The notes under the pieces: generated by a model
The model's input: only the letters and a program-made list of their open reading frames with translations
What the model was told of the DNA's origin: nothing
Databases searched by the model: none
Shown: piece by piece, positions 12,110-23,660 of the stretch
Layout of the letters: the number at the start of each line of letters is the position of its first letter
How positions within the stretch are numbered: the first letter of the stretch is position 1
Program-made: the position numbers and the translations under genes
DNA from: Chiloscyllium plagiosum
Lineage: Eukaryota
Reading direction: 5' to 3'
Assembly (NCBI RefSeq): GCF_004010195.1
Contig: NC_057756.1
Coordinates: forward strand, 5,667,728 to 5,715,842
DNA length: 48,115 nucleotides

Positions 12110-12620
12110 AAGGAAGGATGTGTTGGCATTGGCGATGGTCCAGGAGAGGTTTACAAGAATGACCCTGGAGGTGAAAGGCGTAACATATAAGGAGTGGTTG
12201 AGGACACCGGGGCTGTACTCGATGGAGTTTAGAAGGATGAGGCGGAGGATCTGATTGAAATGTACAGGATACTGAGAAACCTGAATAGAGTGGACATGGA
12301 GAAGAGTTTTCCACTAGTAGGAAAGACTAGGACCCAAGAGCACAACCTGAGTGATGGGGCGACCCTTTAGAACTGAGATATGGAGGAATTTCTTCAGCCA
12401 GACGGTGGGGAATCTGTGGGACTCATTGCTACAGAGGGCTGCGGAGCCCAAATCATCAAATTTAAGACTGAGATAGATCGGTTCTTAATGAGTAAGGGGA
12501 TCAAGGGTTACAGGGAGAAGGCAGGCAAGTGAGAGTGAGGAACATAGAAGCCATAATCGAATGGTGGAGCAGACCTGATGGGATGAGTGGCCTAACTCTG
12601 CCTCTTTCTCTTGTGGACTG
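12110..12620 (+). mobile_element. CR1-clade LINE 3' fragment
   Basis: gtccaggagaggtttacaag...aatttcttcagccagacggtggggaatctgtgg..., followed by a 3' UTR. Confidence 0.8.
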
Positions 12621-12696
12621 ATGATCTACCTATCAAGTCCTCTCAGAATCTTGTACATTTCAATAAGGTCACCTCTTGTTCTTCAAAACCTCAGTG

Positions 12697-13340
12697 GGCG
12701 GTACGGTGGCTCAGTGGTTAGCACTGCTTCCTCCCAGCGCCAGGTACACATGTTTGAATCCAGTCTCAGGCGACTGTCTGTGTGGAGTTTGCACATTTTC
12801 CTCCGGGTGCTGCGGTTTCCTCCCACTGTCCAAAGGTGTGCAGGTGGCACGGTGGCTCAGTGGTTAGCACTGATGTCTCACAGTGCCAGGAACCTGGGTT
12901 TGAATCCTGCATTGGGCGACTGTCTGTGTGGAGTTTGCACATTCTCCCCATGTCTGAGTGGGTTTCCTCCAGGTGCTCTGGTTTTCTCCCACAATCCAAA
13001 GGTGTGCAGGTCAGATGAATTGGCCATGGGAAATTGCCCACAGTGATAGGTGCATTAGTCAGGGTAAATATAGGCTAGGGGAATGGGTCTGGGTGGGTTA
13101 CTCTTTGGAGGGACTTGGGCTGAAGGGCCTGTTTCCATACTGTAGCGAATCTAATCTAAGTTCAGGTGATTGGCATGCTAAGCTGCCCATCGTGCTCAGG
13201 GATGTGCAGGTTAGGTACATCAGTCAGCAGAAATGTAAAGTAATCAGGTAGAGAATGGATCTGGGTGGGTTACTCTTTGCAGGGTCGGTGTGGACTTGTT
13301 GGGCTAAATGGCCTGTTTCACACATTGTAGGGATTCTATG
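12697..13340 (+). mobile_element. Compound HE1-like SINEs (two heads, two tails)
   Basis: Heads at about 12697 and 12845; tails near 13150 and 13340. Confidence 0.8.
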
Positions 13341-13965
13341 ATTCAAATGAGTACGGGCCCAACTGAATCAGCCTCTCCTCATAAGACAATCCCTCCATAT
13401 GTAGTATCAGCTGAGTGAACTTTCTCTGGTGCTAGACTATCCTTCTTGAGATAAGGGACCCCAAACTGTTCATTGTATTTCCAGTTGCCTAGTGCCTTCC
13501 ATCATTGTAGTGAAAAGTCCCAACTCATACACTCTATTCCCTTTGAAATAAAGGCCAGCATTCCATTTTCCTTTCCCTATTACCTGCTGAACTTAGATGC
13601 TAGCTGAAACAAGGCTGCCAGTTCGTGCACAGCAAGATCCCACAAATGTGATCATGAGCTGACCATCAACTGCTTCAATGAGCTTGAGTTGTTGCATTGA
13701 CGGAGATCATGAGGTGGGTCATGAATGTCCTGCTAGTGAAGGAAACCTGCCTCATCCCAGTCTGTGTGCACAGGTGACTCCAGCCTCTGAACTTCTGTCT
13801 CGATTTGTGTGGTTCAGGTCAAAAAAGCCCTCCACCTTCCCAAGGGGCATTAAATGTCAACATTTCTGAAGAATAAATATTTAAAAACGGAGTGAATTGC
13901 TCCTCAATGTACACCAGGCCATCATTCCAAAACTAGAGCTCAGTAATTAATGGCTGTTTTTACAG

Positions 13966-14062
13966 GTAGAAATTCCAATAAATGGACATTGGGATTAGTC
14001 GTGGCTGGAGTCGTATTGAGTGTTTTCCTGGCTGGAATCTTAATTTTCCTGTGCGTGCGAAA
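13966..14062 (+). CDS. Gene A, transmembrane exon (uncharged TM)
   Basis: ttttacag|GT ... CGAAA|gtaagt; 97 bp, phase 1-2. GRNSNKWTLGLVVAGVVLSVFLAGILIFLCVRK. Not in the ORF track; read manually. Confidence 0.92.
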
Positions 14063-14349
14063 GTAAGTGTGGATGCTTCATTCAATCTTACTCTGAGTAT
14101 TTATTTCCACTTTCTTTCCAACAAGAGGTGACTGTTCCCATGGAGTAAAGCAGTTCTTCTGTAAGTGGTCCCGATGTCCCTCCGATCCAGAGCGAGCCTT
14201 TCATTGTTGTGTGTCCAGATCAATAGCTATGAGTTGTTGTGAGGGAGGTGGATGCAAATTCAAGAGGAACTTCCAACTGTGTGATAGTATCTATGCTGCA
14301 CTGACTCTCTGATGTACAATAACTACACTGTGATATTGTGCTATTGCAG

Positions 14350-14431
14350 GAGAAAGCCAACGACTGAGGAGGCACCTTCAAAGACCAATGACATTGCAAT
14401 GATCTACAGTCAAATCTCTGTGAAGCACAAG
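14350..14431 (+). CDS. Gene A, first cytoplasmic exon with ITIM-like MIYSQI
   Basis: attgcag|G ... AAG|gtacag; 82 bp, phase 2-0, compatible with both neighbours. RKPTTEEAPSKTNDIAMIYSQISVKHK. Confidence 0.88.
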
Positions 14432-14524
14432 GTACAGAGGGTGTTTGCACTCATACCAAACCATCAATCTCAGCATGTCCCAGACAAACAGTTAACCATT
14501 GATTCTCACCTATGGAGTCAACAT

Positions 14525-15535
14525 GAGCTGAGCCAATCGAGCTCTCTCTCTGAAACAGCAGGTTGTAGTCTCAACATCACACAGCTGAAGGCTTGAACCG
14601 TACATCAGGTCTGCACAATCGAAGTGTCAGCACTGAGGGAGCACCACACTGTCAGAGGGTCAGTGCTGAGGGAGTGGGCACTGTCGGAGGGTCAGTGAAG
14701 AGGGAGTGTCGCACTGTCAGAGGGTCAGTGCTGATGGAGTGGGCACTGTCGGAGGGTCAGTGCTGAGGGAGCACCCACTGTCGGAGGGTCAGTGCTGAGG
14801 GCGTGCCGCACTGTCAGAGAGTCAGTGCTGAGTGAGTGCTGCACTGTCGGAGGATCAGTGCTGATGGAGTGGGCACTGTCGGAGGGTCAGTGCTGAGGGA
14901 ACGCCGCACTGTCGGAGGGTCAGTGCTGAGGGAGTGGGTCAGTGCTGAGGGAGTGCCGCACTGTCGGAGGGTCAGTGCTGAGGGAGCGCCACTGTCGGAG
15001 GGCCAGTGCTGAGGGAGCAGGCGCACGTTCAGAGTATCAGTGCTACAGGAGTGGACATGGTAAGAGGGTCAGCCCTGAGGGAGCACCAGCTGTTGGAGGG
15101 TCAGTGCTCAGGGAGAGCCACACTGTCGGAGGGTCAGCGCTGAGGGAGTGGGCACTGTCGCAGGGTCACTGCTGAGGGAGCACAGCACTGTCAGAAGGTC
15201 AGTGCTGAGGAAGTGGGCCTTGTCGGAGGGTCAGTTTTATTCTGCCCTTCAGATGAGTCGTTAAACTGACAAGAGTTGCCTCTCAGGCAGGTGTAAAAGA
15301 ATCCATGGCCACTCTTAGGAATTAAAGCTGTGATGGTCTCTCGCTGGTGTCCTGAACCTCTGGCTAAATTTTTGAACGAAATAATCTGGTTTAGTGACCC
15401 TTTACTGTTTGCAAGAGATTGTCATGTGCTAGATTTTGTACATTAGAACTGTGGTGGCACTTTAAGTAAAATATCTTTCAATTGGCTGTGAAGTGTCAAG
15501 GCTTATGTTTCAGTCTCAGAACTATGAAAGACAAG
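14525..15535 (+). mobile_element. Old DeuSINE-like element (SacSINE1/AmnSINE-type) with an internal 31/33-bp minisatellite expansion at about 14626-15235
   Basis: A degenerate tRNA-like head precedes the array. After it, cttcagatgagtcgttaaac...ggtgtaaaagaatccatggc...ttcaattggctgtgaag follows the Deu-domain/3' tail order as I recall it; not aligned computationally. Confidence 0.65.
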
Positions 15536-15632
15536 GTGACACCAACTGAACCATGACTTACTCTTTCGAGGCTGTGCAGTAATTTAAACCCTTTCCTGCC
15601 AATAAATGAAATCTGTTCCCATTTCTCTGCAG

Positions 15633-15899
15633 GGTTCACGGAACAGGGTACTCACTCACCCTCAGATTCCAACCAGGGACACAGCTGGAGAGACACGACA
15701 AGCTCGCCAGGATGTCTTTGAAGGTCCAGTGGGAGAAGCTGCTACACACCCTGATGGAACTGAGGACATTGTCTATGCCAATGCCAACTTGTCAAAGCTG
15801 CCCTGCGGTGACGGGACCATACAGAGGGGCGAGGAAACAGAATATGCAGAGATCAGATTCCAGCCCCAAACTGAGGGAAAAACAGGGAGGAAGGTGTGA
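15633..15899 (+). CDS. Gene A, terminal cytoplasmic exon with degenerate ITIM (IVYANA) and ITSM (TEYAEI)
   Basis: tttctctgcag|GGT, phase 0, open to TGA at 15897-15899. ...EDIVYANANLSKLP...EETEYAEIRFQ... resembles the C-termini of CD33-related Siglecs and L-MAG (EYAEIR). Confidence 0.92.
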   Translation, partial: GSRNRVLTHPQIPTRDTAGETRQARQDVFEGPVGEAATHPDGTEDIVYANANLSKLPCGDGTIQRGEETEYAEIRFQPQTEGKTGRKV

Positions 15900-16046
15900 G
15901 GAGTAGTTGCAGCTGTTAAGGTTAAGTAACAATGAAGAGAAAATGACTTGTCTAACTTTGTTCTGAGACTGGAACACCCCACTTCGAGCTTTGCAGCTTC
16001 TAAAACACTGAGAAATTAATCAAAGTCTTCAGCTTCTGTACACGTG

Positions 16047-16052
16047 ATTAAA
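16047..16052 (+). promoter_or_regulatory. Candidate polyadenylation signal (ATTAAA) for gene A
   Basis: ATTAAA about 150 bp after the stop and before the LTR element. Motif only; no transcript support. Confidence 0.25.
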
Positions 16053-16201
16053 CCACTCAGACACGTCTGTGCCCATACATTTATCGTAAATGCCATATCC
16101 TGGAGAATAATGTTTGTAGGAGAAAGTTTGTAGGAATAATGTTTGTACCCAAGATAGTGCTTCCTGTTCTCACACGCCCTTCCTGTTAGCTAAGTTCATA
16201 C

Positions 16202-17643
16202 TGAAATAACTGCACAGAGGCCAGCTTCCTGTCACCACGTTCCCTTTTATTTACATGTGACACTGATCCAGTTCCCTCAGAGCCAGCTCTTGGAGTGAAC
16301 AGAACCCCTGAAACTCCTGTTTACATCTGTCAGCCCAGACTCCCTGTTTGGGGCTGTTAAACCGGTCCAGTCTGTGGGATCCACCTGGCTGACCTTGTGA
16401 GAATCAGTGCATCCTTCCCCTTTTAATTCCGGGGACGTAGACCTGTAGCCTTCTGCTTGTAGTCTCTCCTCTGGTATTTTCGCACTAGGTCTGGTTCCTC
16501 AGACTCAGCCTTGCATACAGCCGGCATGTCCCAAACTGTAGCCCATCACTCGCACTCGGAACACCTTGGAAGAAATGCATCCTCTTCTTCACACGCTAAA
16601 GGCATGAAGACTCAGTGGGTCTCTTTTGCTACCTCGAGTCCGCCTACCAGCAACAACTACAATGGCTCGCCGGCCTGGATTCAGTGAAAACTTGAACCCT
16701 TTGGCTGAGGCTTGGTTTTGTTTTGGGGTTTTGCTGTGTGCTGACCTAGAGTCCCTCCGTTCAGGATGTGTCCTGAGTGAGGCTGTGCAGTTGCCTTCAC
16801 TCAAGTGGCATTCCCCAAGCTCAGTCGGACTGGTGAGGGTGTCCACTTCCATCGGAATACCCTGTAACTCGTGCTCCACTGGCCATTTTCCAATGATAAA
16901 TCCAGTTGAAGTGCCTGTTTGAAAGTCCAGTTGGGCTTCAGCTAGGAGGTGTTTTTGCATGGTTATATCATTAATCCCATGTACCAAACACTCATTAAGG
17001 GTTAAACCAGAGTCACCAGAGCCAGTCATCTTAACCTCATCAAAAATCCAGACATGGATTCCCCTGGTAAAACCAATGGTGTATCAGAATCAGAGGAGGC
17101 TTTGGGTTGTTATATTCCTTAACTAAATCCATCAATTGGAAATGTTTTGGTTTCTGGTGCATCAGGATACATTCGGCTCCTAATAACCAAAAAAGCTGCA
17201 GGTCCGCAAGCTGTCGGAAGAATGGCTTTCTATCTGCCCCAGTGTCAGTTGCCTGGAAAAATCAACACATTCTTTCCACACACTGGGCCCAGTCTTCAAC
17301 AACAGGATCGAATGAGTCAAGTTTCCTAAATAATGGCATGATGCCAGAAATATTTACACAGCTCAAAGACAACCGTTGTAAGTGAATTTCTTCAGGAATG
17401 TGCATAACTCTGCTACTGAAATAACTCCACACAGAGACTGGTATCCTGTCGCCAAGTCCCCCTTTATTAACACGTGGGCAGTGACACTGATCTAGTTTCC
17501 TCAGAGCCGCTCTCAGAGTGAACAGAACGACCGATACTGCTGTTTCTATCTGTCAGCCAGGGCTCCCTGATTGGGGCTGTTAACCCATTCTCAGGAAACT
17601 CAGATTCAGGAGTTGACCTGGCTGACTTTATTACACACACTAT
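16202..17643 (-). mobile_element. Degenerate, internally deleted Gypsy-type LTR retrotransposon
   Basis: Diverged direct repeats at 16202-16411 and 17417-about 17643. On the minus strand there is a PBS-like GTAGCAGAG (tRNA-iMet type) after the 5' LTR and a purine tract AAAAGGGGAAGGA before the 3' LTR. Gag-like MPLFRKLDSFDPVVEDWAQCVERM and LVHGINDITMQKHLLAEAQLDF are also present. Confidence 0.8.
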
Positions 17644-17875
17644 GACTTCTCATGGAAATTTCCCGTGTAAACATGTCACGCTGCAACGACATCTTCCTGC
17701 CACTGGTGACGCTCAGTGATCATCGTTTTGGTTTTCTCAGACACTGGTAGTAACTGTCCTGTTGTTTTTAACCAGGCCCATTGGGGATTGGATGGTCCTT
17801 ATGATCCTGGCTGAGCAAGGTTCCAACATCCTACTCCTCCCTTCAGCTGTGGTCACCCTCGGGTTAAAGTCTCCA

Positions 17876-18806
17876 AGTCGGAGGGTCAATGCTGAGGGAG
17901 CACCACACTGTCGGAGGGTCAATGCTGAGCGAGCACCACACTGTTGGAGGGTCAGTACTGAGGGAGTGCCTCACTGTCAGAGGGTCAGTGCTATGGGAGT
18001 GGCGCACTGTCGGGGGGTTAGTTCTGAGGGAGTGCCGCACTGATGGAGGGTCGGTGCTGAGTGCCGCACTGTTGGGCGGTCAGTGCTGTGGGAGGATCAG
18101 TGCCGAAGGGGTACCATACTGTCGGAAGATCAGTGCTGAGGGAGTGCCGCACTGTCGGAGGGTCATTGCTGAGCGAGAACCGCACTGTCAAAGGGTCAGT
18201 ACTGAGGGAGTGGTCACTGTCGGAGGTCAGTGCTGAGGGAGCGCCGCACTGTAAGAGGGTCAGCACTGAGGGAGGACCACACTGTCAGAGGATCATGCTG
18301 AGCGAGCGGGCACAGTTGAAGGGTCAGCGCTGAGGGAATGCCGCACTGTCAGAGGGTTGGTTCTGAGAGAGCGCCACACTGTTGAACGGTCAGAGCTGAG
18401 GGAGCACTATACTGTCAGAGGGTCAGTGCTGAGGGAGCACTATACTGTCAGAGGGTCAGTGCTGAGGGAGCGCTGTACTATCGGAGGGTCAGTGCTGAGG
18501 GAGCACCACACTGTTGGAGGGTCAGTGCTGAGGGAGTGCCGCACTGTCAGAAGGTTAGTGTCGAGGGAGTGCCGCTCTGTTGGAGGATCAGTGCTGAGAG
18601 AGCGACACACTGTCAGAGGGTTGCAGCTGAGGGAGTATCGTAATGTCGGAGGGTCAGTGCTGAGGGAGCGCAGTACTGTCGGAGGGTCAGTGCTGAGGGA
18701 GTGCCGCACTGTTGGGGGGGTCAGTGCTGAGGGAGTGCCGCACTGTCGGAGGGTCAGTGCTGAGGGAGTGGGCACTGTTGGAAAGTCAGTGCCGAGGGAG
18801 CACTGA
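17876..18806 (-). repeat. 31/33-bp minisatellite array (opposite orientation to the arrays at 1, 27180 and 32374)
   Basis: Tandem gtcagtgctgagggagtgccgcactgtcggagg units, moderately diverged. Confidence 0.92.
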
Positions 18807-18959
18807 ATTGGCAGGAATGAACAGTGTCTGAGTAGTCTCTGAAAGGATGTGAGGCCTGGCAGTCACCATAGTTCTGTTTATAGAGTTTTGCTCTGCGCCA
18901 TTTGATTGTTCCAATTCCTACATGACTATAGCAACCACTATTAAAGCTTTGAAGCTCTT

Positions 18960-19400
18960 GCAGACTTGTTGTTTATTTCAAAAATATACATTATTCATAA
19001 AAAGCCTTACATAACATACATAGTGACTGAGCAGTTCAATTCTGGACAGCGTTTACATATGCAGTATAAGCAAACCAAAGACATCTCTTGTTTGTTTAAA
19101 TCTGTGTATGCATGTCGGAGGAGGGTCCGATAACTGAACTTACCTTCAGCAGGGAGACCTCAGACAGTGGTCTTTCCCCACTGTGCCTTAGCGGCAGCTG
19201 CCCCAAGCTTTCATGTGTCCCTCAGCATGTAGCCCGGAGCTTGGAACGTGCCAGTCTGCAACACTCGCTTAGGGCGAACTCCTTGTTGTGGGCAGAGCAA
19301 AGAGTGTCTTTCCCTGAGTTGATGGTCCTCCAGGCACAGTCGATGTTTGTCTTGGTGACAGACTGGAGAGTGCAGACTCCCACATCAGGGAGGTGGTGGA
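18960..19400 (-). mobile_element. Tx1/L1-clade LINE 3' fragment
   Basis: The minus strand encodes ...ECCRLARSK...KLGAAAAKAQWGKTTV*, followed by an AT-rich 3' UTR. Clade assignment is from recall. Confidence 0.6.
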
Positions 19401-19769
19401 GTGTCCTTGTGACTTGCTGTGTGGCTGTATGGTCAGGCTAACTCTCTCTGTGTCTGTGCACTGCTGCTGCTGGGGGTGTGCTTTGTATCTGCTCAGGGTG
19501 GTTCACTGCTGACAGGTGGGGGAGGGATTGAAGCAGGCAAAACACGTTTTTGTTTCTCCCAAGTCCTGTCACGGAACTACAATTTAAATGTTGCCCAGCC
19601 AGAGAACAGCTTTGCAAACTTCATTTACTCATCCAGTCAGCCATCTGCAAACGCAGTGGAAAGTGCACTGTTCCTGCTCCACACTGCCCTCCTTCCAGCC
19701 CCCTTTATCATCTCCTTCTCTTCCTTACCCTTGTGTATTTGTACAGTTTAACCGACAGGATAGATCTCC

Positions 19770-19995
19770 CAATCCCAGTGGGAGCAAATCCCACGTTTCT
19801 CCCTCTCACTCCCTGTGGGAATGAGTCCCACATTCCCCCCTCCACTCCCTGTGGGAACGTGTCCTACATTCCTCCCCTATTCCCTGTGGGAGTCAGNNNN
19901 NNNNNNCAGTCCCACATTCTCCCCCCACCGACTCCCTATGGGAATGAATCCTACATTAACCGCACCCCCCTCCCCCCCTGCAATTCCCTGTGGGA
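19770..19995 (+). repeat. Diverged minisatellite of about 38 bp (ctccctgtgggaatgagtcccacattcc...)
   Basis: Five to six imperfect units. Confidence 0.7.
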
Positions 19996-20726
19996 GCATA
20001 ATTCAGTTGGGATGTTCTTGGGTTTTCGGATAGATTAAATTATTCTGTATTCTTTTCTCTTTAGTTTGTGTTTCAGTTGGTAATCTTGGAAATAAACTCT
20101 GTTTTGTTTAAGACGAGGTGGTTGCATCAGCAGCATCTATCAAGGTTACACCCACTTAAAACAACCAGCAAAGTTCGGGACTGGGCTACTTTATTGAAAT
20201 GTTTTGAGGAGGTCTGGCCTGGTCCATAACAGGCCTCACCATTACTCTTACTAACCCCCCCAACCCCATTTCTTGATTTACGTGAGGAACGTTGGCAGAT
20301 GAGACAATGTCAAACGAGCACCTCTCATACGGGTCAGGAGAGATGCGGGAAAGCCAAGGGAGTGATGACTTATCACCTGCAAGGCTGGGGTGCAGATAGG
20401 CGCATGATGGGAGCTGTCCTCTCAAGACTTAAATAAGGTAACACCCCTTTTCAAATTGTAGCTTAAAACATAGATTCCCAGTGACTTTTTAGTGACAGCA
20501 GTCAACCGATCAGCGCACTTTTCTGCTGCGCTATGAATTGTTGTTCCCTCTCTGTTCCTGAATCTGTCCTGACGAGACGATGTCAGCCTATTGCTAAGCA
20601 ACTGGGAGCGCAAACACAGAGGTACAGAGCCCAAATCTTTTATTTTAAAATAAAGACTAAATGTACAGCCAGTGTGATTCTGCCAGTTAGTCTGGATGTC
20701 TGTGTGTGTCTGTGTATGTGTGTGTG

Positions 20727-21226
20727 NNNNNNNNNNNNNNNNNNNNNNNNNNNNNNNNNNNNNNNNNNNNNNNNNNNNNNNNNNNNNNNNNNNNNNNNNN
20801 NNNNNNNNNNNNNNNNNNNNNNNNNNNNNNNNNNNNNNNNNNNNNNNNNNNNNNNNNNNNNNNNNNNNNNNNNNNNNNNNNNNNNNNNNNNNNNNNNNNN
20901 NNNNNNNNNNNNNNNNNNNNNNNNNNNNNNNNNNNNNNNNNNNNNNNNNNNNNNNNNNNNNNNNNNNNNNNNNNNNNNNNNNNNNNNNNNNNNNNNNNNN
21001 NNNNNNNNNNNNNNNNNNNNNNNNNNNNNNNNNNNNNNNNNNNNNNNNNNNNNNNNNNNNNNNNNNNNNNNNNNNNNNNNNNNNNNNNNNNNNNNNNNNN
21101 NNNNNNNNNNNNNNNNNNNNNNNNNNNNNNNNNNNNNNNNNNNNNNNNNNNNNNNNNNNNNNNNNNNNNNNNNNNNNNNNNNNNNNNNNNNNNNNNNNNN
21201 NNNNNNNNNNNNNNNNNNNNNNNNNN
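20727..21226. other. Assembly gap (500 N, probably a placeholder size). Other gaps: 10877-11575, 19897-19906, 27863-27888, 32747-32971, 36857-37516, 39631-40130
   Basis: N-runs. Confidence 1.
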
Positions 21227-21489
21227 AAGGGTTCATCGCTGTGTCATAACATCAACCATACATGAACCAGCCCATGGTGAGGAGAGGAATTATTCACAGA
21301 ACAGTATTAATAAAGCAAGTGGCTATCAAGGGACAAGGAAGTGGGATATGCTGAATAAACATAAAGAATAATACATACAGAGACCTAAATGTGGAAGTAA
21401 GTTTACTGGAACCCAAAGTCTTACAGTCAAGGATGGAGAATTGCTAAATATAACATTAACAAAGTAATCAGGATATCATGGGACTGGTA

Positions 21490-22335
21490 TCTTGATTAAC
21501 TGGGTCAGCGGGCTGAGGAATAGCAGAATGGGGTTTAATTTAGTAAATGCGAGGTGTAGCATTTTGGTAAAGCAAACCAGGACAGGGCTTACACAGTCAA
21601 TGGTAGGGCCTCGAGAGTGTTAATAGAACAAAGCGGTCGAGGGTTACAGGTTCATATCTCCTTGAAAGTGGCGTCACAGGTAGACAGGGAGGTGAAGAAG
21701 GATTCCTGCATGCTTGCTTTCACCGGTCAGAGCATTGAGTATAGGAGATGGGATGTCTTATTGCAGCTGTACAAGACGTTGGTGAGGCCACATTTGGAAT
21801 AGTGCCTGCAGCTCTGGTCACCCTACTTCAGAAAGGACATTATTAAACTAGAAAGGATTGCAGCAAAGATTTACTAGGATGCTGCCTGGACTGGACAGTT
21901 TGAGTCATAAGGAGAGGTCGGGTAAGCTAGGACTTTTTTCACGGGAGAGTAGGAGTCTGAGGGGCACCTTATAGAGGTCTATAAAATCAAGAAGGGCATG
22001 AATAAGATAGAGAGCCAACAGCATTCCCCCTGGGAGGGGAGTCTAAGATAACAGGACATGGGCTTAAGGTGAGAGGGGAGAGATAGAAAAGCAACCAGTG
22101 GAGCAACACCTTCACACAGACGGTGGTGAGTGGAAAGGGCTGTCATATGAAGCAGTGAAAGGGAGTACAATTCTGTCATTTAAGAATCATTTAGACAGGC
22201 ACATGAATGGGATAGGTACAGAGTGATATGGACCAAGCACAGGTGAATGGGACTAGCTTAATTGTGAAAACTGGGCAGCATGGATAAGTTGGGCCGAAGG
22301 GCCTGTTTCCATGCTGTAGATCTCCATGACTGTAT
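21490..22335 (+). mobile_element. CR1-clade LINE 3' fragment
   Basis: SLKVASQVDREVKK...LLQLYKTLVRPHLE, plus tail. Confidence 0.85.
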
Positions 22336-22504
22336 GGTTGCTTGGAGAGAGCCGAGATGTCGTGGAGTGAGGTAATGTCCAGTTATCTACAAAGGAGCGA
22401 GTGACTGACTGTGGTCAGCACTGCAAGGTAAGACCCTCAAACACAAGCAGATGTTGAAGGATGGTGGGGGAAATGTGTCACGTGTACCAGTGGTCAACCA
22501 ACCA

Positions 22505-22722
22505 ACCACAGGCAATTTCCCATGGCCAATTCACTTAACCTGCAATCTTTAGACTGTGGGAGGAAACTGGAGCACCCAGAAAAAACCCACGCAGACACGG
22601 GGGTGGGGGTGGGGGGGGGAGAGATTGTGCAAACTCCACACGGACAGTTGCCTAAGGCAGGAATTGAACCCAGACCCCTAGCACTGAGGCAGCCGTGCTA
22701 ACCACTGAGCCACCATGCCACC
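22505..22722 (-). mobile_element. HE1-like SINE
   Basis: gtgctaaccactgagccaccatgccaccc head on the reverse strand, plus V-domain. Confidence 0.8.
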
Positions 22723-22789
22723 CTGTTTCCTTTATGTTTTTTCCCCCTTTTTGCTGTCTTCGCCCTCTTGGTGAACACTTCCATTGTGG

Positions 22790-23190
22790 CAGGTCCTGAC
22801 CTGGCCTTTCAACAGGTCCCAGCCTGGTCTTTTGGCAGCTCATGGCGGGTCCCCAGCTGGTATGTTGGAGCTTCATGGTGGGTCCCGGCCTGGTCTCTCG
22901 GTGTTTCTCGGTGGGTCCCGGCCTGGTCCCTCGGTGTTTCTCGGTGGGTCCCAGCCTGGTCCTTCAGTGTTTCTCGATGGGTCCCAGCCTGGTCTCTCGG
23001 TGCTTCATGGTGGGTCCCAGCCTGGTCTCTCGGTGCTTCATGGTGGGTCCCGGCCTGGTCTCTCGGAGCTTCATGGTGGGTCCCGGCCTGGTCTCTTGGT
23101 GTTTTGTGGTGAGTCCCGGCCTGGTCTCTCGGAGCTTCACGGTGGGTCCTGGCCTGGTCCCTCGGTGTTTTGTGGTGAGTCCTAGCTTAG
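22790..23190 (+). repeat. 33-bp minisatellite (gtcccagcctggtctctcggtgcttcatggtgg), about 12 units
   Basis: Exact 33-bp period, which explains the three repetitive ORFs. Confidence 0.92.
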
Positions 23191-23660
23191 TCCCTCTGTG
23201 GCTCAGGGAAAATTTTAATATTAACTATTAGCTTTTTATTTTCCCACCCTGCTGTGAAGTAAGGCTGAACATTTTAACTCTCATTTCTCTTACTACTTTG
23301 TACCTAAGTTTATTTGTACCTAGGTACCATGGAAACTAAAATGGTGCCTTAGGTGGCAACATTATAAAGTCGTCAGTGTACTCCTGTACTTGAGTACACA
23401 TGACAGTGAAATGTAAAATGAAATACTTGGAGAACTTCCACTTCGATCCAACTCTCGAACAATCCAATCAACCAGGCAATGCAATACACATGGACACCTA
23501 AGCATAACCCGCCTGTGGGTTTAAGGCTTTGGAAAGCACTAAATAAGATTGCTTGTGTTAGTAATCTTGGGGGATTTGGGTTGTTGATATCCAGAGTCAG
23601 CCCATAGGCCGAGGACAGACTTAACAGAAAGGGAACTGGTTGATTCTTTGCAATATAATG

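Noticed and set aside
14626..15235. cactgtc/gacagtg motifs as V(D)J recombination signal heptamers
   Set aside because: They lack the invariant CAC-AGTG heptamer with a properly spaced nonamer, and the Ig exons are C2-type with ordinary splice sites.
322..15899. Assigning the symbol MAG or CD22 to gene A
   Set aside because: The domain mix, multi-copy cluster and divergence do not support one-to-one orthology without a phylogeny.
19419..19520. Signal-peptide-like LCVCALLLLGVCFVSAQG as a leader exon for gene B
   Set aside because: There is no in-frame ATG (the ORF starts at GTG), the donor is weak, and it abuts a LINE fragment in low-complexity TG-rich sequence.
22768..23231. Trp-rich or Gly-rich repetitive ORFs in all three frames
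   Set aside because: They are a by-product of a stop-free 33-bp tandem repeat, and no splice context links them to the genes.
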